From: Promethearchaeota archaeon
GTDB taxonomy: Archaea > Asgardarchaeota > Lokiarchaeia > Sigyniarchaeales > SOKP01
NCBI GenBank assembly: GCA_029838195.1
Contig: JALGVJ010000021.1
Span: 1 to 63,556, forward strand
Length of the DNA: 63,556 bases
Reading direction: 5' to 3'
Shown here: positions 11,189 to 19,050 of the stretch, one piece after another
How positions within the stretch are numbered: position 1 is the stretch's first letter
Layout: each line of letters opens with the position of its first letter
Made by a program: the position numbers and the translations under genes
Notes under the pieces: generated by a model
Told to the model about the DNA's origin: nothing
What the model saw: the letters and a program-made list of their open reading frames with translations, nothing else
Databases searched by the model: none

Positions 11189-12433
11189 TTATTTTTCAAT
11201 TTCCACGTGATTTATTAAAAATTCAGAAAAATCTTTTATTTCAAGAGATTGTAAACTTTCAAAATCATCTCGCAAGCAATTAAGATGGATATTACATTTA
11301 GGGCAAGAGGTTACGAGAATTTCTCCCGCATTCTTGGCTTCTAACATCCGTTTATATCGAAGTGCTTTGGATTTTTCATTACAGTTTAACCAGCAACTAA
11401 CCCCACAGCATAGGGAATTTGCTTTATTATGTTCCATTTCATGAAATTCATATCCTAAATTTTTAAATTCTCCAAATATTTCTCGGACTTGTTCCGTTAT
11501 CATGTTTTCTTTAGGTAAAAACCTGCTAAGCCTACACGGATCATGATATGTAAAAGGAATAACTTTGTTTTCCTCAATTGGTTGCTTGAATTTTATCTTT
11601 CCGGCTTTCCAGTTTTCATATAAATATTCAATTAAATGCTTGACTTCAAATTTTTGATTAAAATCTTCAAACAATTGAGCATAATCGATTTTTAATGTTC
11701 TGTAACATTCTGCGCATGCCGTAATTATTAATCGCACGCTTGCGCGTTCAAACATTTCTAAATTTCTTCGGGCTAATTTAATAAACGTTTTTAATTTTCC
11801 TTGCCCCCAATAAATGTCATGACCACAGCAAATCTCGTCCTTGAATACCACGATGGGCTGGTCTTCAATTTGACAGAGCAATTTTAACGTGGAGGTGGCG
11901 ATGGAATCCTTATTGTCAAATTCATAATTGAAAAAGGAAAGGCATCCCACGAAATACAAGATCTCGCCTTTATCTGCAATTTTACATTCTTTAGGAACCC
12001 ATTCCATAGATCTGGCTGGTTGGATGTAGGGACGTGCCATAATTTCCGTGATGGTCGTGTAGATGCTCTTATGGGCCACGATCTCTTCTGGTTTTTGATT
12101 ATACTCGTGACGCATTTTGTAACGTGCCATGCGCACGAGATCCGCAAAATTTATATTTTCCGGGCAGTCTTTCAGGCATTGATTACAAGTAAGACAATCC
12201 CACAACACGCCGCTTTCGAGAACTTTATCTTCAAATCCTTCTAAAATCATTTGGATAATCCGACTGGGCGTAAACTTTTCTACTTTGCTTAATTGGCACA
12301 CTCCAGAACAGCGGGCGCATTGATAGCACTTTTCCAAGAGTTCTCTTAAATCGGACGTGTAAATTTTATCCAAATATTCAAATGCATCCTTAAATAATTT
12401 TTTACGTTCGATTTCTCGTTTTGATTCGGAAAT
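11189..12433 (-). CDS. HdrD-like (HdrC ferredoxin + two CCG domains) Fe-S oxidoreductase; start is either ATT at 12433 or TTG at 12373
   Basis: CYQCARCSGVC, CLTCNQCLKDCP, CCGH, ACAEC, YHDPCRL, CCG, SCPKC; frame open upstream of the TTG up to the previous gene's stop. Confidence 0.85.
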   Translation of the reverse strand: MSESKREIERKKLFKDAFEYLDKIYTSDLRELLEKCYQCARCSGVCQLSKVEKFTPSRIIQMILEGFEDKVLESGVLWDCLTCNQCLKDCPENINFADLVRMARYKMRHEYNQKPEEIVAHKSIYTTITEIMARPYIQPARSMEWVPKECKIADKGEILYFVGCLSFFNYEFDNKDSIATSTLKLLCQIEDQPIVVFKDEICCGHDIYWGQGKLKTFIKLARRNLEMFERASVRLIITACAECYRTLKIDYAQLFEDFNQKFEVKHLIEYLYENWKAGKIKFKQPIEENKVIPFTYHDPCRLSRFLPKENMITEQVREIFGEFKNLGYEFHEMEHNKANSLCCGVSCWLNCNEKSKALRYKRMLEAKNAGEILVTSCPKCNIHLNCLRDDFESLQSLEIKDFSEFLINHVEIEK

Positions 12434-12454
12434 AATTTTCTCCTCTTTTTTTAT

Positions 12455-13564
12455 TTAAGTTAGATTTTTCATAAATTCGATTTTTCGTTTATTTTTGGAA
12501 ATAGAAAAATGGGTGATTAATTCAATCATTTTTTTCTTCTTTTCTTCACTCAAATCGGCACATCTTATAATGCCGGCGTCAATTGCTTCCTTGAAAATTT
12601 TTTTCCCTTTTTCTGTTCTCACGAGCACGGTTGTATATTTATCAGGGGAACCTAATCCTCCGAAAGAAAGGTCCGCATAGATATTGGTGAAATCATTGCA
12701 TGCATGACAAGCGGCTCGCATGTACTTATCTAAATGATTAAAAGGGATGTGAATGATTTTTTCTCGTCCCTCTTCACTCTTCAATTTAAAGATAACATCT
12801 TCCTTGATGTTTATTTTTTCTATATCTGCAAGTTTAATGTTATAATCATTTTCAAACTTCTGAAGTTGAGATTTATCAAAAAAGAAATTTTCATAACAAA
12901 ATAATCCCAAACAAATTTCTATATTTTCCGAGGGCGTGACTCCTAATTCTTGCATGCATTTAATCGTATAGATTTGACAAGGAGTTCCCACTACGGCTAA
13001 TTTCTTGAATTTATAATGATTTAATTTCGGAATGGAATGCGTGTAGGTGGAAAATTTTTGAATCTCATCCAAGTGGGATGCTATTTCTAATTTTGTCCCA
13101 GAAGCTTGGAGTAGATCATGCTTGCTATCTGCAAAAGTAGCCTCCCGGGAAAAGGCAGTATCCATTTTCGATACAATTGCTCCATCAATTTGCTTCCTTT
13201 CAATTAAAAAATTAATCAAGGAATTCACGACGCCCCCATCCGTCCCCTTATCTAAGAATGCTCTATCAGTGGCTTGACAGGAATAAATTTCTTGAAAGGG
13301 ACCTATGGGCATGGTGGTAAAATCTGAAAAATGATATTTCTTCCTTAGTTCCTCATCCAAAGCATGGGTCTGCGGACATAATAAATAACATATTCCGCAT
13401 TCAAGACAAGCATCTTTATTGATATATAGAGGTGGCGAATAAGGATCTTTAAAACCGATAACATGATATTCTGCTGAGCTACAAAAGCTCGTGCAACCAC
13501 CACATTCTTGGCATATCCCTTTTTCATGAACCTCTTTAATGAGATCTTCAAATGTTTTCGTCAT
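12455..13564 (-). CDS. FrhB/FdhB-family F420-binding flavoprotein with N-terminal ferredoxin
   Basis: CQECGGCTSFC, CLECGICYLLCP, TDGGVV, VVGTPCQ, GLFCYENF, CHACND, ADLSFGGLGS. Confidence 0.9.
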   Translation of the reverse strand: MTKTFEDLIKEVHEKGICQECGGCTSFCSSAEYHVIGFKDPYSPPLYINKDACLECGICYLLCPQTHALDEELRKKYHFSDFTTMPIGPFQEIYSCQATDRAFLDKGTDGGVVNSLINFLIERKQIDGAIVSKMDTAFSREATFADSKHDLLQASGTKLEIASHLDEIQKFSTYTHSIPKLNHYKFKKLAVVGTPCQIYTIKCMQELGVTPSENIEICLGLFCYENFFFDKSQLQKFENDYNIKLADIEKINIKEDVIFKLKSEEGREKIIHIPFNHLDKYMRAACHACNDFTNIYADLSFGGLGSPDKYTTVLVRTEKGKKIFKEAIDAGIIRCADLSEEKKKKMIELITHFSISKNKRKIEFMKNLT

Positions 13565-13594
13565 GATGATTATTTTAAAAGTTATATTTTTTAT

Positions 13595-15094
13595 TTATTT
13601 GGAAGGAGCTAATTGTACGGGTTTACATTTTGTTCTTTTGGTGCTTGCGATTTTTTCCACGAGGAATTGCCCAGGCTTGACTTCAGCTAAATTTTTAGCC
13701 TCAATTAATCCCGCTTTTATAGCTCCTTTAAAAACTTTTAAGGCAGCCTCTGACCTGATAACCACGGAGGAAAAACCAGCCTGAGACCCGATAGATCCAA
13801 CGGAAATATCTGCATAATCGGATGTTAAATCTTCGCAATAATGGCACGTATCACGGGCGTACGATTGTACTTCTTTTAAGGGAACAGCTAATTCTTCGCC
13901 ACTTTTTAAATTAATGATGAATTTCCCCTTATCTATATTCATCTTAGTCAACTCGTTGATGTCTTTTTCGAATTTTTCTTTTATAAGCTTTTTCGTGTTT
14001 TCATAGGAAAACGATTCCATACAGAAAAGTCCAATGGTATATTTAATGTTTTTTAAGAACGAAAATCCGTTTAAAAATAAAGATGCTTTATAGATTGCCT
14101 TCATCATGCAAGGCACGCCCACCACGGCGATTCTCGGATATTCTCTTGCTTTATCAATGATAGTCAAGGAAGGGGAATTCGCATATTTGGTGCCTGCCGT
14201 CTTGTATAAATCTTTCACTTCAGTCACGATCACGGGTTCAGGTTTCCATGGCTCTTTCGAATGCCGAACAGCAATAATTGCATCTACCAGATCATTTTCC
14301 AAGAGATATTGGAGCAGCGTGGTGACGATTCCGCCATCTTGCCTCACTTTCTTGATTTCTTCTACCTTGGTGCTGGCAGTGTAAGTCTCAATGTATCCTC
14401 CCATTTTTTCTGAAAACTTCAATTTTTTATCTAATTTCTTTATTGCATTATACACTTGCTCGATGGAAAACGAGCGCGGACAGGTGGAAAAACAAAGCCC
14501 GCACTTGATACACGTCTTTTCGTCAATCTCAAGCGTGTCGGCCGTGACCGTGATGGCATCCAAAGGGCAAATCGAAGAGCAACAGCCGCAATTACAGCAT
14601 GCGCCCGATTCATACACGATGGAAACAGGTTCGAAGAAGTGTTCTTTAAAATCTTCTGGTAGGGTTTTAGCTTGATATCGGTAAAAATATTCTTTTACTT
14701 CGACTTCTTTTTCTTCTCCCTTAATTTTTTTGATTTCTGTATGGGTCTTGACTTCCACGAGTTCGTCCACGTATCCTTGTTCCTTCAAGTAGATGACATC
14801 TCGAATGACGTTTTCGGGGGGAAAGTTTTGGATTAACGCTGCAATTTCCTCCAAGAATAAGGGTTCTTGTCCGATTAGTCGATTTAAGACGATTTTTCGT
14901 TCGGTTTCTGCATCGATCATGGCATCTAAGATTTCATAGAATTCTTCTTCAGAGAATTTTCCATGCTTTAGGATATCTTCTTTTGCCTCAAAAAATGCCC
15001 GTATTTGAAAATTTTCAATAGCTTTATAGGTGGCTTCCATTATTTCGGCGGGAGAGCTTGAATTAAATTCCACATTCTTTACGGTTTGTACCAT
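13595..15094 (-). CDS. FrhB-family F420-binding flavoprotein with N-terminal helical/winged-helix extension and ferredoxin
   Basis: CCNCGCCSSICP, CIKCGLCFSTCP, QDGGIV, VGVPC, GLFCMESF, CHYCED, ADISVGSIGS; ~150 aa extra N-terminus. Confidence 0.9.
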   Translation of the reverse strand: MVQTVKNVEFNSSSPAEIMEATYKAIENFQIRAFFEAKEDILKHGKFSEEEFYEILDAMIDAETERKIVLNRLIGQEPLFLEEIAALIQNFPPENVIRDVIYLKEQGYVDELVEVKTHTEIKKIKGEEKEVEVKEYFYRYQAKTLPEDFKEHFFEPVSIVYESGACCNCGCCSSICPLDAITVTADTLEIDEKTCIKCGLCFSTCPRSFSIEQVYNAIKKLDKKLKFSEKMGGYIETYTASTKVEEIKKVRQDGGIVTTLLQYLLENDLVDAIIAVRHSKEPWKPEPVIVTEVKDLYKTAGTKYANSPSLTIIDKAREYPRIAVVGVPCMMKAIYKASLFLNGFSFLKNIKYTIGLFCMESFSYENTKKLIKEKFEKDINELTKMNIDKGKFIINLKSGEELAVPLKEVQSYARDTCHYCEDLTSDYADISVGSIGSQAGFSSVVIRSEAALKVFKGAIKAGLIEAKNLAEVKPGQFLVEKIASTKRTKCKPVQLAPSK

Positions 15095-15163
15095 TTCCTC
15101 ATTTCATCCTTTTCATTATTATTTATAGTAATATTTTTTCCATTCCAAGAAAAATATTGATAA

Positions 15164-15235
15164 TAACCCCAACCCTCGCACGAGTGAATCTTCTTGTAAC
15201 TATAATTTCCTTACAAGAATCATTTTCCGGGGTTA
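15164..15235 (-). promoter_or_regulatory. Eukaryote-type SECIS element (selenocysteine insertion sequence)
   Basis: Minus strand reads ATGA-TTCTTGTAA-GGAAATTATAG-TTACAAGAA-GA (15223..15189): AUGA/GA core, perfect 9-bp helix, AAA-containing loop; lower helix TAACCCC (15235..15229) pairs with GGGGTTA (15170..15164); lies directly 3' of genes with in-frame TGA. Confidence 0.85.
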
Positions 15236-15702
15236 ATTAGAATTTCGGCTTTCTCTCGAGCAGATTTGGCTTTCTCTCGAACAGATTTGGCTTCCACTTG
15301 TTTAAGGGGATTCACTCCCATGCGTTTCACCTTTTCGTAAGTATCTTCTACACTCTTCACGAATTTCTCGCTTTCTGCGCTACTTAACCAGTACATATTG
15401 ATCCGTTGATCGCCAAAACCACGCTTGCTCAAGATTCTATTGGCAAAATCGACATGTTTCTGGGCAGTAAAATTGCCAAGCTTGAATTGACATTCGTTTG
15501 GGCGTCATCCTACCACCATTACACCGTCCGCACCCGATTTAATGGCAAATAGGAGGTGCCGCACGTCAAGCCTGCCCGTGCATCGAATTTTTATGATTTT
15601 TACGGAACTGGTATACTTAAAGCGAGATACGCCTGCCAAATCCGCCGCCCCATACCCTCATTTTACACAGCAAAATGCGATTATATCGAATTTTTCGTCC
15701 AT
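15220..15702 (-). CDS. mvhD: Selenoprotein MvhD/VhuD, 160 aa, Sec15 and Sec66
   Basis: ATG at 15702; in-frame TGA at 15660..15658 (FCCVK-U-GYGAADLAG) and 15507..15505 (GVMVVG-U-RPNEC), both aligning to Cys of the 7615-8052 paralog; frame continues into track ORF 15220..15432. Confidence 0.93.
15247..15293. repeat. 21-bp tandem repeat (2.2 copies) in the mvhD 3' end
   Basis: ggctttctctcgagcagattt / ggctttctctcgaacagattt / ggctt, encoding AKSVREK-AKSAREK. Confidence 0.9.
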
Positions 15703-15707
15703 CTTGT

Positions 15708-17657
15708 TTAACCTCCCTCGAGTAATCCTTTAATTTCCGCAAAAATTTGATGATCTCTATAGTAACGTATGTCGATTGCTTGCGTGGGACAGCATGCGCT
15801 GCAAATTCCGCATCCATCGCAATCTACTTCAGAAACTTGAGCCGCTTTATTATCGACCACTTTTATAGCTCCTTTTGGGCATTCTCTCTCGCATCTTCCG
15901 CACGCAATGCATAAATCTTCATTTATTTCCGCAGTGATCATTTCCAAGTCAATAACTCCTGGTGCAGTTAGTTCTGCCACTTTACTCGCTGCAGCTCGAG
16001 CTTGAGAGACTGCATATGCGATATCTTTAGGCCCTTGAACAAACCCTGCAATAAAAATTCCTTTTGTCTTGGTCTCTTGCGGCATGAGTCCAAAATGCGA
16101 TTCTGTTAAAAATCCATTCGTGTCCATATCCAAGTTTAATACCTTGGCAATCTGCTCCGTTCCCTTCGATGGTAATGCCGCCGTCGACAACACCACGAGG
16201 TCCGCATCAATATTGATGATTTCATCCGTTAAAGACGAATATACCCGAACCTTCACGTTTTTCGTCTCCGGATCTTCTCTTACTTCCCCTACCTTACCCC
16301 GTATCATCCGAATACCCGTCTCTTTCGTTTTCTGATAATATTCCTCAAATCCTTTCTCATTGGTCCGCATGTCTATGTAGCAGATGGTGATGTTCGCATC
16401 AGGAAATTCGTCTTTCAAGAGCTTGGCATTCTTTAATGCCAACATGCAGCAGACCGCACTGCAATACGTTCTTTCGGTGTCTCTCGACCCCACGCATTGA
16501 ATGAATACTATTTCGTTCAATTTTTTATCGTCAGATATGCGATGTACGTGCCCTCCGAGAGGACCGTTAGGGGCAAGCATACGCTCTAATTGGGCTTGCG
16601 TGATAACATTATCATATTCTCCATATCCATATTCTCCAAACGGTTCGTAAATGTCCCACCCCGTCGCAATGATGATGGTACCTACCTTGAATTCTATTTC
16701 TTTTGGTGTCTGACTGAAATCGATGGCTTTTAACTCGCATGCATCTACGCATGAAAAACATTCAACACAATAGTTCCTCTGAATATCATATAAGAAGGGA
16801 ACCGCTTGACCAAAGGAAATATCGATTGCCTTGCGAGCTCCTAAATTTTCATCGAAGAAATTTGTTGTATAAACAGGACAGACCTCTGAACAGGCTCCAC
16901 AGCCGTTACATTTCTCGGGATCGATATATCGGGGTTTCATTTCCACGGTAACATCATAATTGCCCACGTAACCCTCGACGTGTTTCACTTCACTATAGCT
17001 AAAGATATTTATATTGGGATTACGATTCACTTCGAGCATTTTTGGGCCACAAATTCAAATTGCGCAGTCATCTGTTGGGAACGTGCGGTCGAGTTGTGCC
17101 ATTCTTCCTCCGATCGTCGTTCTTTTTTCGACTAGATAGACCTTGATCCCTTCATTTGCGAGATCCAAGGCGGCGTTCATTCCAGCAATACCTCCCCCCA
17201 CAATCAGAGTCGCTTTCTCGACCGGAAAAGTTTGTACGGGAACTTCTTCTAACCGCCGTGCCCTTTCAAGTCCCGCATTTACAAGAATTTTGGCTTTTTC
17301 AAGGGCTTCTTCATTATCTTGGGTGACCCAAGAATCGTGTTCTCGCACGTTGACCATCTGAAAATAATAAGGATTAAGCCCAGCTTTCGCAATGGAACCA
17401 CGATAAATGGGTTCGTGTGTCCTAGGGGTTCAAGCAGAAGCGACAATGCGGGTTAATTTCTTTTCTTTGATATCATCCATGATTTCATTTTGACCGCTTT
17501 CAGTACAGAGAAATGGATGCGTTTTAGCGACAACCACATCATCGAATTTCTTGGCAAATTCTACAAGTTTGTCACAGTCGATTTTTCCACGGATATTAAT
17601 GCCTCACTGGCACGCATAATAGCCGATTCTATTCCGTTGCTGGTTATTGTTTTCCAT
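15708..17657 (-). CDS. hdrA: Selenoprotein heterodisulfide reductase subunit A, 649 aa, Sec18, Sec76, Sec201
   Basis: ATG at 17657; one frame to TAA at 15710..15708 broken only by TGA at 17606..17604 (YACQ-U-GINI), 17432..17430 (ASA-U-TPRTHE) and 17057..17055 (TDDCAI-U-ICGPKM); joins track ORFs 17055..17357 and 15708..17039. Confidence 0.95.
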
Positions 17658-18271
17658 TTTCTTTTTCTCCCTTCACCTCAAATTTGAGATCTAATTTTTA
17701 TTTAAATTTAATAATAATTGGTTGTTTATTAACTAAATTTTGAGTATTAATTTACTCAAATGCAAGAATTATGTGATTATTTTTATTTTAGAATGTAGTT
17801 AACTATTTAAATTTTAATGATAATCATATTTATACTTAATTAAATATCTTTATAAGTTAATTCCGAAAACAAGATTCATGAGATAAGTCATTTTATAATA
17901 TCTTGATAATTCATGCGAAGATAAATGCGTGAAAAGAGATATTATTGCCCAATAAATATTAATAACGGGTAACATTTTAATGTGACCTTTTTCATTTTAT
18001 CAAAAAGCGAGAATTCTTGATATTTTTTAGAGGAATCATGTATAAAGTGAAAGAGTTTTAAGAGTATTTTGATCTTTCTCATATAATTCGGAAAGATTTT
18101 TTCATGGAGTGATATAATAAAAAGAAGCTACGTGGAAGGAAAAGTCATTATTAGTTTTTCAGGAGGAAGTAAAAGAGGGATCCATAATAGTACGAAGGAA
18201 AATTTTCTCGATATCGTGGAAAGAAAAATTAGGATGTAACTAACTGGTTCTTATTCTTAAAAAGAAGGATT

Positions 18272-18988
18272 TTAAATATCTTCGTGGAACACGATGGCAG
18301 CAAGGGTTGCAAGGAAGAGGAGAAGAGAAAAGAGGACCATCCATTCGAAAAAGGGAGTTAAAAGGTATCCATTGTAATATCCGAGTAAAAATAGTATAAA
18401 AGCACTTAGAGGTCCTAGAGTTCCATAGAGACCAAGAATTTTGGGAATACCTACATCGTAAAAAAGAATGATGAGGCCCATGAGAGTGGCTCCGGTTACG
18501 TAACCACAAACAGCAAGAGAGCCAAAAATAAAATGCAAATTCTGAAGATTTCTTTCCATGCTAAAGATTCCGGTCCCGATGAGACCCACATTTCCGATAA
18601 TGCTAGATAATAAGACATAAGTTGTGATAGCTTGTTGTAATTTTGAATATCGGTTCAGTTCCCTTTCATTTTTTGGAAATGGTGCTAAAATTTTTTCCAA
18701 GTAGAAGTAAAAGGGTAAGGTTAAAAATCCGGCGACCGCTGAGGCAATATCATATAAATAAGGAATGGGCGTAAAAGAACTCGAGCCTAATTCTCCAATC
18801 CAATTGAAGAAAAGGGAATATTCACGAGAACCAAGATAAAAAGCAATGATCATGGCACCGATTAAGGAAAAAAAATAAGTGCCAAACCCGAACCATGTTG
18901 CTTTTTTAACAAAATTAAAGGAGGTTAATTGTTTTAAAGATATCGTGAAAGACTTGGTTAGGTTAGTGAATTTTTTATCCACCATCAT
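18272..18988 (-). CDS. DUF998-like membrane protein
   Basis: Multi-TM; YSLFFNWIGELG, GIFS, LH.IFG and C-terminal EW motifs. Confidence 0.65.
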   Translation of the reverse strand: MMVDKKFTNLTKSFTISLKQLTSFNFVKKATWFGFGTYFFSLIGAMIIAFYLGSREYSLFFNWIGELGSSSFTPIPYLYDIASAVAGFLTLPFYFYLEKILAPFPKNERELNRYSKLQQAITTYVLLSSIIGNVGLIGTGIFSMERNLQNLHFIFGSLAVCGYVTGATLMGLIILFYDVGIPKILGLYGTLGPLSAFILFLLGYYNGYLLTPFFEWMVLFSLLLFLATLAAIVFHEDI

Positions 18989-19050
18989 GTCATTCTCAAA
19001 AAAAGTGTTATATAAATAAAAAAATAGAAAAAGAAAATAATTTTTGATTT

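Noticed and set aside
12374-13564. FrhB-HdrD fusion by stop read-through
   Set aside because: The separating codon is TAA, not TGA/TAG, and an SD-like motif follows it; independent initiation is simpler
15542-15817. Track ORFs 15542..15733 (+) and 15617..15817 (-)
   Set aside because: Shadow frames over the real hdrA end and Sec-mvhD start
15220-17657. hdrA/mvhD as nonsense-mutated pseudogenes or separate small ORFs
   Set aside because: All five interruptions are TGA, all at conserved Cys positions, with no frameshifts or TAA/TAG, and a SECIS-like hairpin follows; random decay would not give this pattern
15708-18240. A second SECIS within or upstream of hdrA
   Set aside because: By eye no ATGA...GA pair enclosed a convincing helix; a computational scan is needed to exclude it
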